Assembly (NCBI RefSeq): GCF_006345805.1
Contig: NW_021835219.1
Span: 1-41,964 of the forward strand
Source of the DNA: Octopus sinensis
Taxonomy: Eukaryota
Length of the DNA stretch: 41,964 nucleotides
Direction: 5' to 3'
The position numbers and the translations under genes are program-made. Positions 1-12,322 of this stretch are shown piece by piece. Numbering within the stretch: the stretch's first letter is position 1; every line of letters starts with the position of its first letter. The notes under the pieces are model-generated. The model worked only from the letters and a program-made list of their open reading frames with translations, had not been told where the DNA came from and searched no databases.

Positions 1-306
1 CTGTCTGTCTGTCTGTCTGTCTCTCTCTCACACACACATTAGTTAGAACAGTTTCATATTAAAAAAAATATAAAGTAACTTTTATACACACACACAGAAC
101 TACAAGCATATATGCACCCATATTTACACAAAGAAGCACAGGTATTTACGCCTGCATATATATCACATAAACAGACACACGTACCCACATCATACGTACA
201 TTCATACTCGCTCAATGTTAATGTTATTTCAATGTTAATGACATTTTATATAACAATATCCTCCTCCTCTACAGTCGGCATTCTGCGAGGCAAACACACA
301 CATACA

Positions 307-554
307 CACACGTGCATACACTTATACATACACACACATATACACACGTGCATACACTTATACATACACGCACATACACACACGTGCATACACTTATACA
401 TACACGCACATATACACACGTGCGTACACTTATACATACACGCACATATACACACGTGCATACACTTATACATACACGCACATATACACACGTGCATACA
501 CTTATACATACACGCACATATACACACGTGCATACACTTATACATACACGCACA
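307..554. repeat. 36-bp minisatellite, about 7 tandem copies (CACACGTGCATACACTTATACATACACGCACATATA)
   Basis: Unit read directly; the 12-aa periodicity (HTCIHLYIHAHI) in overlapping ORFs confirms the 36-bp period; no unique spacers. Confidence 0.95.
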
Positions 555-1247
555 GTGACGTTAAATGTTTTTTCAGATAACTCAGAATTTTATACATGTG
601 TGTTAAACTTGTTATGCAGCTAAAACAGGCATTTACACAAATAAGGCAGACGTTTATAAAGAAAGAGCAGGCATTTGCAGAGATAAGGTAGTTGTTACCT
701 AATATAATGGCAAATACTTTACTCACAGTTAAAACAGACAGGTACGGCGTTGGATGTTAAAAAGATAAGGCAGACGTTTACACAGAGAAGTTTATACAGT
801 TAAGTTAATCCATTCCACAACTAACAAATCTACTTTTTACACGCATAAATCTGAGAAGGCTTCTATTTTCTCACAGAATTTTTTGCGTAATTTGCATGCA
901 ATCGCCGTGTGTAGACAGTACAACAAAAAAATACAGCAACAGACGACTCCTCAGCCACAAGAACCATCACTGCCACCAACAATAACAACGAAGTATAACA
1001 ACAATCACAGAACAATAGAGACAACAAAATTAATAATAAAATAAGGAAAATGAATCACAGAATAACGAAAAAACAAACAAACAAAAGAAAAACTAAACTA
1101 AACAACATTGCTGTAAAAGAAGCGAAAATCTAGTCAAGTAGAAAATCATCGAACTATATCGATCCGAATAACATCAGGTATGTATAGAAAGATCACAGAA
1201 ATGGAGTTAGTTTATTACAGTTGACTAACTTTTAACGACTGTAGAAC

Positions 1248-1420
1248 TATACACATACATTCATATACGTACACACGAATACACATATATACACACATCT
1301 CTCTCCCCCCTCTCTCTCTATAGATACATGCATATATATGTGTATACGATCACACACATACATATATAAGTATATATGTATGTACATGTATGTGTATATG
1401 CAGCTGTGTGCGCGAATGAA

Positions 1421-1476
<56 letters not shown>

Positions 1477-1500
1477 TGCATGCATGCATGTATGTGTGTA
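1248..1500. repeat. Compound (CA)/(CT)/(TA)/(TGCA) microsatellite
   Basis: Direct reading. Confidence 0.9.
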
Positions 1501-1878
1501 TAAGGGAAGTTATATGCTCAGTTATTCTAAGTTAACCAAAGTTATCAATGTGGTTTGATAAGGGAGTTATTTTAATGTTTATGTATATTTTTGGGTTTTC
1601 CTTTCATTATTCGATCCTTTTAGTTCAACATCAAAAACTCTATTAATAAAATGAGCCAACACTGAGAGGCTTACAGGCACCCTTTTTAGTTGCGTGCAAT
1701 AGCAAATTATTCAGGCTTTAGATCACATCCGACCCCTTAACAAACAAAAGGATGAGCACATCGGATTGTGTTGTTCTATGGACACTGAATCCACGTAAAA
1801 AAATGGAAAAAAGAACGAAGAAAGGGTGATGAGTGGAACTTTTCGAGTCACTCGACTAAGGTTGATCTGTCAATAAAA

Positions 1879-1977
1879 GGATCTTTTCATTTTGACCGGC
1901 AGATTTTTAAAATAATTTCTTTGTAACTAAAGACTTTTAAACTTTTTAAAAATCTGCCGGTCAAAGCGAAAAGATCC
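1879..1977. mobile_element. 99-bp hAT-type MITE with about 33-bp TIRs and 8-bp TSD
   Basis: GGATCTTTTCATTTTGACCGGCAGATTTTTAAA ... TTTAAAAATCTGCCGGTCAAAGCGAAAAGATCC; identical CAATAAAA at 1871-1878 and 1978-1985. An 8-bp TSD is typical of hAT. Confidence 0.85.
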
Positions 1978-3301
1978 CAATAAAATACCCCAGTCGCAGA
2001 AATAGAAGCTAGATCTCCATCAGACACACTGGCACCACCTTAAAAAAAAACGAGGGATACCATGCGTTGTTTAGTTCGAAATACACCATGTTTGAACGAA
2101 AGGTAGAATGATTGAGTGACGGCTGGAACACATTCGATTTTGTCTGCTTGGATAGAGATAAATGGAAGCTGAACAATAACAGCAGCAACAACAAGAACAT
2201 TTAATCTGATAAAATCCATATTAAGTATTTCTTCGAGACTGGACTGCTATAGCAGTTGTCTGCTGGGGCCTAGCGTCTTTACAGGAGATTTATTACTCAT
2301 CCAGTCAGTGTCAAAACTAAGGGTCGCTAGATGTTGGGGGAAAGAAACAAAAAAAAAAAGATAAAAAGAAAAAAAATCACTCAGTAAATTGTTGTTGTTT
2401 ACTTGACCCCCACCTTCCACTAAGTTCCACCTGATTACGTTTCGGGATCAAAATATTTCTGCAACGAAAATTCGGGATTCTGTTTATTGTTATTTTTGTC
2501 TGTTCATGTACATCGGCCACGGAAATTTGTGAATAACAAAAATTAACGAGCAATAAATGAATGAATGGGAACAGAGTAAACTTAGAAGCTGTCTATGTTG
2601 GCAAAATTGAAGAGTTTAAATAAGTCTGGATTCATATGCTATAGAAGAAGAGCAGTTTTGTCTGAAGCAGAGTTTGGTCAGAAAGGCTAGAATTTTGGAA
2701 CGTCATTTAATCAAGCATAACTGAACGTAAATGTATACGTGTATTTAGTCTAAAAGTTTTTAGGATATTTACCTATGAAGGAGTTATTCTCTGAATTCAG
2801 TTTACTATTAATTGTATTTCTTTCATAATTAACCAAAAGTTTTTATCACGTTGATTGGCTTCTTTGTCTATTTTAACATTCACACTGTCTACTTTCTTCA
2901 GTTTTACATCTACTAAAATTGTATAAACCATACAGAGATTAGTAGCGACTTAGTGTGAAAAGTTCCAAAAGTTTCGATGGCGACCCTATTATGGCAGCCA
3001 TAGATAAGTGACTGGGAACCAGAAGCACTAAAAGATTAAGCAAGTATTGCAACTTACATATTAGTATTGCAAACACAATTTCAAAATGATAATTCTGAGT
3101 AACACAAAACACCGTTTACAAGGTAATTCATTATTATATAACGTATTTTAAACGTTTTTTTTCTTTTATGAGCAGCGGCTAATAAGTCTGCAAGTTTTCT
3201 CTTCAGATATTTATCAGTTCAACATCATCGCCACAAACACTGTCTCGTATTTTATAGTTTTCAACTAGAATATTCAATGCTTTTGTTTTAGCTGTTGCTG
3301 T

Positions 3302-3674
3302 GTTTGTTTGTTTGCTGAGCGAAGCGGTCTTCGTCCGTAGTGGGAAAAGTCCGATACGTGGTCCTTTGCTATTCGTAAGACCCGCAGAAGAGAAAGCAGG
3401 TCAACCCCCGACACCGAGAGCATCGACGGATGGATGAATGCGCATCCAGGCTCAGCAGTTGCATAGGAAGTCGGGGACAAGAAACAGGAAGAAAGAGTGA
3501 GAGAAAGTTGGGGCGAAAGAATACAAGAGGGGTCGCCCCCTCCTCTGCCGGAGCCTCGTGGAACTTTAGGTATTTTCGCTCAATAAACACACACAACGCC
3601 CGGTCTGGTAATCGAAACCGCGATCCTCCGACCGCGAGTCCGCTGCCCTAACCACTGGGCCATTGCGTCTCCAC
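3302..3674 (-). mobile_element. Full-length tRNA-derived SINE with 12-bp TSD
   Basis: Minus strand starts GTGGAGACGCAATGGCCCAGTGGTTAGG (A box) ... GGTTTCGATTACC (B box); (AAAC)n tail; AGCTGTTGCTGT at 3290-3301 and 3675-3686. Confidence 0.9.
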
Positions 3675-4736
3675 AGCTGTTGCTGTAGTTCAATCACTGT
3701 CATTGCTTCGAGGTGGTGGGGTCTTAGTTGAAGGATGATCTGCTCTATGTATTGCTGTTTAGATCCAAGTCAACCAGGGTCAAGCAGGCCCTCTCATCAT
3801 CAACATCGCAATGCATTTTCGTGGTCCGTTAAGAAATGTTAATTACATTCGTAATGTAAGACGACGAATAATGAGCTGAGGGAGATTAAGTGGCTACAAC
3901 TATGTATGCATATTTGTATGTATATTCCGGGGGACCAAAATTGACGACGGGGTTTCAATATTCAATTCTTTGTATAAAACACTTTGGGTTCACTCTGTGT
4001 TTGTGAGTGTTCAAACACGCGCACACTTATGTAGAGTTAGTAAAGGAAGGAGGCGCTGGCTTTCCTAACTTATTGTGGGCAGTATATATACTTATATAAA
4101 AGCACACACACATATATATAGGCCCACCTTCTTATTTGTATGCATATTTATGCATAGAGAGGAAGAAGAACAATCTCAGATCTGATAAAAGGAAAAATGA
4201 AATCATAAAGAATTCAGTCAATAAAGCGTGAAATTAGAACTGGTCGTCTTTTTTCTTATAACAGACAAATATTCACATAGGAAAAGAAAAATATAAAAGT
4301 CGAAGACTCTCTACCAAATACATTAGCTGAAAAAAAACCTCCTGGGCGGCAAGAGGCTTACAGTGAAATCTAGCGTTATCTAATTAAAACTTTAATAATA
4401 TATAAAACTGACATTTGTCTTACAAGAGACAACAACTTAGGTTTGTTTTAGAAGTGGATACTGTTATGAGGATTTGTTCTGGTGAAAATATTTTGGTTTT
4501 CGAAATCGGTTGATAAATTTGTATTTATTCCCAGAGCATATAGCATTGGAAGGTCATCTGGTACCCCACTAGAAGAACGTCGGCAAAAATTACAAAGTAA
4601 ATAAACAAATAAATAAATAAATGTTTTAATTCCTGAAGAATCGAAAACAGCAAAATTGAAGAAATTTTATTTTTAATAATAATCCTTTCCACAATAAACA
4701 CAAGGCTTTAAATATTTTGAGGGGGGGGGGTCTATT

Positions 4737-5007
4737 CGAACTCGGCACATTTTGAGGGACTTTCCTATTCAAACAGACAAGAAGTTAGGAAAAAATTGAC
4801 GAAAATAAGAGGACGAAAAACAGAAAAAAAAATTCCTTAAAATTTAAAATTGGAAGAATTTGGAGCATGACAGTAAAGATCGTGCCTATAATAATTGGTG
4901 CGTTGGGAACAGTAAGCAAAGATATAGACAAACGGCTGAAGGAGATTGGAATAGAATGCCTGGTGGAGCTCCTACAGAAAGTTCGTCTTTTAGGGACAGC
5001 AAGGATT
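4737..5007 (+). mobile_element. R4/Dong-type (RLE) non-LTR retrotransposon, C-terminal fragment, internally deleted
   Basis: DFPIQTDKKL, then VKIVPIIIGALGTVSK...VELLQKVRLLGTARI, the typical RLE C-terminus. Confidence 0.75.
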
Positions 5008-5145
5008 AAAATCTTCAAAGCCACAGTCGAACCAATTCTACTATATGGCTCAGAAACCTGGACGTTATCAAAGAAGCTTGAGAGGCGGTTGGATGGAACT
5101 TACACTCGCCTCCTTATGAGAGCTCAAAATCTCTCGTGGAAACGG
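5008..5145 (+). mobile_element. RTE-clade LINE fragment (post-RT region)
   Basis: KIFKATVEPILLYGSETWTLSKKLERRLDGTYTRLLMRAQNLSWKRH; LLYGSETW is an RTE hallmark. Confidence 0.8.
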
Positions 5146-5149
5146 CATC

Positions 5150-5331
5150 TGAATATTTAGCAGCATTTCGTCCGTCTTTACATTCTGAGTTCAAATTCGC
5201 CGAAGCCAAATTCGCCTTTCATCCTTTCGGGGTCGATAAAATTAGTACCAGTTATGCACTGAGGTCGATGTACTCGGTCAGCCTCCTCTCACAACATTTC
5301 AGGCCTTTTGCTTACAGAAGAAAGGATTATT
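5150..5331 (+). mobile_element. 5'-truncated tRNA-derived SINE with conserved central domain (CCTTTCATCCTTTCGGGGTCGATAAA)
   Basis: B box GAGTTCAAATTC plus a central domain shared with copies at 24325, 28042-28615 and 31630; resembles the MetaSINE domain (from memory, unverified). Confidence 0.75.
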
Positions 5332-6611
5332 TCTTTAGAAAAAAAGTTACGCTTAGAAGGGGAGTAGAAGGAGATTCGCGTAACGATAAAATTTTCTGAA
5401 GAATATGAATTTCGGAGTTATTGGAAGCATCGGAAACTGAAATCAGTGCAAGCCAAGAATTTAAGTGTCATTGTAACTTCCTAATGAGCGGCAAAATAGC
5501 AAAACCTGTTGAGCGTCAAGTAGAATGCTTTGCGGTATTCGTTCCAACCCTCTGCACACCGAGTTCTAATCTCCCAAAATGATCAGGATAAATAGAGTCT
5601 TACCCCCCCCCCCAATACTAAGGAGAATACTTCTGGAAATTGTCATCGTAATGAGAAGAAAAGTTAAAAACCTTAACGAAGATTCCGTTTAAAACGTGCA
5701 AAGGAGAGAACTTCAAAGTTTTATGCGTGCAATATGTTCATGGAGAATAGTTGTTAAATAATAATACTACTTCATTACAATACTTTAAATTTGTTGGAGA
5801 AAATGAGATGTTGTGGCATTGATGTCTTTTCCTTTGTTAGAGTGAAGTAAAATAACTAGCTTGCTTATCTCAGTGCCAGCCGTGCCTATCACACAAAGCT
5901 TGCGATATGATCTGGAATATACTAACTGGAGACTTTGCCAACTAACTTGGATATTAACATGACTCAAATGCAAATGTTGCACATCTTAGAATGGGATAAG
6001 CTTCGATAATCATCGAAGAATCGACGTTTTTTTTTTTATATATGAAAATAATGCTAACACGTGTGAAATAACTTATATCGAATTGATAACTCGAGTATCC
6101 CATGATTTCAAAGCTAAGAAGACATCACTAATAAAGAATTCGTTTCCAATACTTATTTCATTTTTTTTTTATCAAACTCAAACACGCTTCAAATTACATC
6201 AGCAACGTAATTTATCCCTTTGAGTTACCCTCCACTTCCATCAACCATTTGATATTTTCGATATTTCTTTATTTTCTTACATCTAAAATAAAATTACAAA
6301 ACTTCTTTATATAATAAAAAAACCCATCAAATAAACTATACGTATACGATTCAAAAATCTATTTTGATTTTTTGATCTTAAGTTATTCATAAAAAGCTCT
6401 TGAAGCTTTTGGCGGCCCCAATGTAGATTTGAACAGGATTCCTTCACTGTACTAACGAAGTTAAATTATATGCTATGATTTCGGATCAGAGAATGCAATG
6501 TTTGCTGGTTCATATTCTTCATATTGTGTAATATCGATCATTACAGGTGAAAGGTTTGATACAGGAAACATGATTGAGCCTGTTAATCACTTATTCCTTC
6601 TGTTAAAGCAG

Positions 6612-6796
6612 AAGCCGGACATGTTATTTATGCTGCTGACAGACATGATGGCTCATTATCCAATAAGATCTACGACTACAATAATGGCACCTTCCCCCAT
6701 GACGCCATTGGAAATTTCTTCGATCCTTGGAGCCACTTGTTTACCGGGAAATATTACAGGAACTTTACTGACATAAATTTATAAATTAAGATCAGA
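6612..6796 (+). CDS. Candidate host-gene exon of unknown product; reads xAGHVIYAADRHDGSLSNKIYDYNNGTFPHDAIGNFFDPWSHLFTGKYYRNFTDINL*
   Basis: Pyrimidine tract plus GCAG acceptor ending at 6611; protein-like, non-repetitive frame (not the frame in the ORF track); TAA at 6782-6784; donor AGA|GTAAGC after 6796. No family recognised. Confidence 0.4.
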
Positions 6797-7654
6797 GTAA
6801 GCAAATATTCATTTCTTTAGTGAGCAAAAAAACAATTCTTAACGGGGTGGGCTTTATAGTAAAACCAAGAAGAATTTGATCATGGATTGCAGAATAATAA
6901 AATTAAATATAATGAACTATCAGTACGCTAGAAATTATAACAAGGTTTTCCTCAAACCACCCTACCTCTTACAGTTGGAGTGGATATCTTGAATACTGTA
7001 AAGAGGAAATTCTATACAACTCTAAGAATGGAATGCTCACAGGAGTAATATCACTATCGGTTTAAATAGATCAGACTTGACCCGAGGCTAAATAATATCT
7101 ACTACTAATACTACTACTACTACTACTAGTAGTAGTAGATATTATTCGTGTTTCTTAATTTTCTTAATTGCAAGTAATTATTGAAGATTTCTTTCTAGTA
7201 AAATGATGTTTACGAACATCTGGACAACATATTTATACAGCTTGTAGTTCAAAGCTGGTGTTATTTTTTTTCTGACCAAATCTCTCTGAGTGAATTGTAT
7301 TTTATTTTCCTCTAATGTTTCAAACCATCGCTATCTTGGGCGAGCAATTAACTATGCCTCCACCTTGGCTATAAACTGAATCATTTCATTGTACATTTAT
7401 TTCGTTCTGGAGGAAACTCTCAAAACGGTTGCGTTTTCAACAGTCTTATGTACGACAAATGTGTATATTTGAAATTGGTTCTGTGTGTGTGTGTGTGTGT
7501 GTGTATAATGTTATAATAAACGCCATAAATCTTGTTAAATACAGCTACCCAGGGTTTCCTGGTTAAAACAATGATTTATTTCACCATTTTTCAAGCAGAG
7601 AACAAGACTGTTTTATCAGTTGTCTCTTCAGAAAAATAACGCTTATGTAATGTA

Positions 7655-7963
7655 TGTGAAGGCGTGTGGCTTAGTGGCTGGGATATTCGGCTCAGGATCG
7701 CAAGCTCGTGACTTCAATTCCCGGCGATGCGTTGTGTCCTTGAGCAAGACACTTTATTTCACATTGCTCCAGTCCGCTCAGCTGGCAAAAATGAGTAGTA
7801 CCTGTATTTCAAAGGGCCGGCCTTGTCACACTCTGTGTTTCGCTGAATCTACCTGAGAACTGCGTTAAAGGTACACGTGTCCGTGGAATGCTCAGCCACT
7901 TGCACTACAATTTCACGAGCAAGCTGTTCCGTTGATCGTATCTGCTAACCGACGGAGTCTTCC
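7655..7963 (+). mobile_element. tRNA-derived SINE
   Basis: TGGCTTAGTGG A box, degenerate B box, TGTGTCCTTGAGCAAGACACTT central block; followed by (TA)n. Confidence 0.8.
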
Positions 7964-8017
7964 TATGTATATATGTATGAATTGTTGTATAAGTCCTCGT
8001 CTTCTTATATATATATA

Positions 8018-8064
<47 letters not shown>

Positions 8065-8092
8065 ATATATATATAATATATATATATATACG

Positions 8093-8201
8093 CCTTATGG
8101 TAGCGTTAAACTACCAATGAAATATATAACACGAAGACTTCTACCGCAGATTCATACAGATGCTACAACAATTTCATTGGCGTTTTAGCGCTGCCTTAAG
8201 G
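8093..8201. mobile_element. 109-bp palindromic MITE-like element
   Basis: 31-bp imperfect inverted repeat 8093-8123 / 8171-8201 (6 mismatches), adjacent to a (TA)n tract. Confidence 0.55.
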
Positions 8202-8704
8202 AATATTAAGATTAAAGGGAGGGGAAAAGATTTTGTAAAACAACTGGAAACTCATCTTTGATATAATTTCCGACAATTCCTATTGTAATTAGCTGGGAAT
8301 ATGAAGAAGTAAAATTGCTTAGAAATTACAGAAAGAAAAATGTCTGTCCAGTTGTTTACTAAATAAGTTCTTTACACACACACACACACACACACACTAA
8401 TATATTCACACACAGGCGCATACTTGTACACACACACACGTGCACCCTCCCCACTCACATGCTATATATGCATATATACATACAGGTTCTCACATATAAA
8501 TCAATGTTTGTAGGACCTTGCATGTTGCAATATCACCAATATCAATTTCACGATACGTTTTTAAATCAACAATCTTGCAAACCAAAATACAAGAACGAAG
8601 TAACAACACACACACACAGACACTACACATGCACACACGCACACAAGTATGTATCACAATATCCCATTCAAAAATAAAAGCATTTAGAAATATTAAAAAC
8701 ACGA

Positions 8705-9050
8705 GTTAGATTATAGCTGGGAGATAACAGTTTTCGGCTCGGAATTATGGGAGAGCAAATACTTTGAAAGAGTGAGAAAGGAGAGTGACAGGATTAGAGG
8801 TGGGAAAAGAAGTGGATGCAGTGAATGGGAGGTACAGGTGGAGGCATGGTCAATGGGAATATCAGATTTTGTTCGAGGAGTTGGTCAGAAAGAAGGAGGT
8901 GATGAGAAACAGGAATAGGTAGATGATGTGAAGTTTAAGGGGATAAAGGGTGTCATTTATAGTACCTGAGTAAATGGTGCCGTAGTTAAAATAGTAACAG
9001 AGGGATGACCGTAAAGGATTGACAGGATCTAATTTCTGGCTGAGATGGAC
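8705..9050 (-). mobile_element. Possible degraded PLE 3' fragment
   Basis: KLDPVNPLRSSLCYYFNYGTIYSG weakly resembles the start of a PLE GIY-YIG domain, followed by a pyrimidine-rich tail. Confidence 0.3.
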
Positions 9051-9054
9051 AGGT

Positions 9055-10651
9055 TTTATCAAGTTCACAATATCGTCAATCCTCCTACAACTTTCTCATC
9101 TCCTCTGTGATGTTCAAAATCTCCAGATCGGTTTTTGCTATTTCGTCCCCCTTCTTCCTGGGTCTCCCAAAGCTACAGGTTTACTCCATATGTATCAATC
9201 GGCACATTTTTATGCAACTGTTCTCATCCATACACATCATTTAATCGTATCAGCACAATATTCTTTCTGGCACAATATATCTAAAAGCCTTTTTGCCAAG
9301 TTTTTCTCACAACACATTTCACCTTGTCAGATACGCACACCGACATTGCATTTCAAGCAGAACATTGCAGCTTATTTTCTTTGTGCTTTAAACCATAAAT
9401 TCTTCATACTGAGCCTATGTCTCACTGTCATATAGCATTGAGGTTCATACACAAGTATCATACAAACTGCCTTTCACTCTGAGAGAGAAACGTGTGTTAC
9501 CAACAAAAGTAAAAAAAAAACTCGCTTAACTTCCCCTGTCTCTTCTTATTCTAGAAATTATACCTTCAGAACATTCCCCCCACTTTCCCAGGTAACAAAT
9601 GCTTTCAACTACTTCAAGGATTCTTTCTGGGCATTTTCAGGTGCTTTTCGTGTTTATCACAAAATTTACTTTCTCTGGTAATCTTCTTGTGAGTACACTG
9701 CATGTTTTATGTGCCTAAAGTTGCACAAGGTACACCGTATGGAATTCGTACCCACATCTTTTCCTACTTATCAGACAAGGCTAACTAACCAAAGGGATTA
9801 ATGCCCTGTCTGTTTTCCTACTTGCTATAAGTTTAGTCTTTGAACTTTAAAGCCTCTTGATTTCAGGGTTTGCTTCCACACCTGGAATTTCTTTTCTACT
9901 TCAACTATAGTTTCAGCTATAAGAACAAAGTCATCAGCATATAGGAGTTCTCATGGACAACAGGCCTTAAACTCTTATGTTATGGCCTGGAAAACTGCAG
10001 TAAATAGGAGGGGACTGATGACCTGGTCCCAGTGAACTCCTAAATGTACATCAAATTCATTGCTGTAATTGGTGCTAACTCTAATCTTACTGACAGCATC
10101 CCAGTGCATGGCTTGAACGGCTTTCACCAGCCAGTCCTCTACTCATGTCCTCTGTAGCGAACCCCACATGAGGGAGTGAGGGTCCTGTCGACAACTTTCT
10201 TCTGGTCGATGAATGCCAAGTACAATGGTTTATTTTTGGTTAAATACTTCTGCAGTTGTCTTACTAGAAAAAGAACATCAGTGGTACTTGTCCCAGACAC
10301 AAAACTAACTCCATCTCAGGAAACTTTGGGATAAATATCTGCAGCTTTCATGATCTGGTCCAGCAATTTGAAGCCCCTGGAATTACTTCTCTCCAAGACA
10401 TTTTACAAACTCTTCTAACAGTTGACTATAATGCTTCTAAAGCACTCGTTGCGCAAGACACTCCTGCACAACCTGATTAATTACATTGGTGACTAAGCCA
10501 TGTCCCACTCCATCAAATATTTTAAGCATGTGATGGACTAAGGATTTTCTTTGTCTTCACATTGATTGCTTTGTCTGTCAGACAACAGTCAACAACAATG
10601 GCAGGTCTCTTTGCTTGATTCACATAAGGCAGATTCTCTTTTTCCCATTCC
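9055..10651 (-). mobile_element. Degraded 5'-truncated RTE-clade LINE (RT, Cys-rich insert, 3' end)
   Basis: Minus-strand remnants: STTDVLFLVRQLQKYLTKNKPLYLAFID; WELLYADDFVLIAE; CSICRKDVGTNSIRCTLCNL; LEVVESICYLG; RVKGSLYDTCV; many stops and frameshifts. Confidence 0.85.
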
Positions 10652-12322
10652 TTCAAAACTGATCCCTAAATGCAGAACCACCCACATGGCAAAAAAACTA
10701 CCGGTCAATTGCATGCCAAAACTTATGTATAAATTATATACAGCATATTTAAACCTCTTCCTCCGAGACCATTGTGAAACCGATAACATCATCACAGCAG
10801 AACAAGCAGCTAGGAAGAAGGGAGTCTGGGGATGTGCGGAGCAATTGTTGATAAAACTGTATGCAGGAGCATAGAAGGAACCTAGTTTCAATGTGGCCAG
10901 ACTACAAGAAATCCTTTGACTCTGTTCCTCACTCATGGATGCCCTTTCACTTGGTAAAGTTCCAGTGAGCAGAGTCAAAGCCATAGCTGACCTGACTTCA
11001 ATGTGGGCCACCATTCTTGGAATTAAACACAAGAAGTGATTGTAGTGCCACTGATGGAATACAGTATCGCAGAAGTTTATTCCTTGGGGACAACCATCCT
11101 GTGGTGTTGCTTATATTTTCTGTAAACCCTTTGTCATTCATGTTAAGGAAGCCTGGAGGATATCTCAGTGGTTCACAAGGTAACAGAAATACCAAAATTA
11201 TACTGTTTCTTGTAGATGGTTTGAAACTATATGCCAAGAATATGCATGAGATGAAAAAGAACCTCGACCTGGTTACAAAATTCTCAAAGGATACAGGGCC
11301 GGAGTTGGTCAGGATAAATGTTGCTATATGGTTGTGAAGGGGGGGAAAACTCTAAACCAGACTAGCAACATCTTCATCAATGACATGACTGTTTCTCCTA
11401 TATCTGATGAAGAATGTTACAGGTGTGTAGGGGTGGGTGAAAACATATCTAATGATGGCACCTGTAGCAAAACACTTATCACTAAAGAATATTACAGTCG
11501 AATAAAGAAATTTTGAACCTCAGAACACTCTGCACTCAATAAAACAGTGACCCACAATGTGTTCGCAATGCAAGTACTGATACCAACATTTGAGTTGATT
11601 GATCGGATGCTTGATGAGATTTGAGTTATTGATGTAAAAACCCGGAAGATACTGACCAGCTAATAACATCATAAGACTTGGAAAGCAGCTCCTTTGGCAG
11701 CATTCCTTGCCTGATAACCTAGAATACATGCCCAAAGAAGTCACACAACTCTACCGCAATGTATCATCAGATGAAAGGATGAGCGTATATCAGCAGAAGA
11801 CCATGTACGAATAAGTCAGTAGAAAGCACTTGGACGATAGTAACATTGGTCATCAAATTGGGGTATCATGGACCAACAACCAGATTACTAGCTCCCACTA
11901 GTAAGCATTTGCAATCCAGGAACAGGAAATTTCAACCATGTACCTGATGCACAAAAGGGATAGAGATATAGGAAAAGCACCGAAATGTGACAACCAATGC
12001 AGACTTTGTGGAGTTCACACTGAAGATGTCATTCACATCATAAGCAGTCATCTGAAAATGTCATCATGGTATTATCTACCGATGAGACATGATATTGTAG
12101 TTAGGACAATGTATAATGAGATCCATTGAAAGATAACCCCAAGGACAAATAAGTCACTCATAATAAAAAGGGGTTCTGGTGGAATGTCCCAGTGAAAATC
12201 TTGATAAGCTGTAAATGTAACCACCCTAACATAAGGGTTTGGGATTGACAAGAAAAACTGTACCATTGTGGAAATCAGCTGCTCAGCGGATATTAACAAA
12301 AGATAATACCTATGCTGAACTA
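10652..12322 (+). mobile_element. Degraded R4/Dong-type non-LTR retrotransposon (RT, CCHC zinc finger, RLE endonuclease)
   Basis: LMYKLYTAYLNLFLRDHCETDNIITAEQAARKKGVWGCAEQLLI; FDSVPHSW; LFLGDNHPVVLLIFSVNPLSFML; FLVDGLKLYAK; CRLCGVHTEDVIHIISS; TIVEISCSADIN. Confidence 0.85.

Noticed and set aside
307-554. 36-bp repeats as a CRISPR array or repeat protein
   Set aside because: Units are contiguous with no spacers; the ORFs are low-complexity microsatellite translations in all frames.
2560-2710. Possible ancient LINE RT remnant (KIEEFK...)
   Set aside because: Too short and degraded to support.
3590-3674. tRNA genes (also 7655, 21648, 28560, 34322, 35620)
   Set aside because: A/B boxes are present but without a full cloverleaf; they continue into SINE bodies or tails.
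5785-5982. 65-aa minus-strand ORF as an exon
   Set aside because: No recognisable motif or convincing splice sites.
6498-6776. 92-aa ORF from the track
   Set aside because: Composition looks off-frame; the alternative frame from 6612 has splice signals and is more protein-like.
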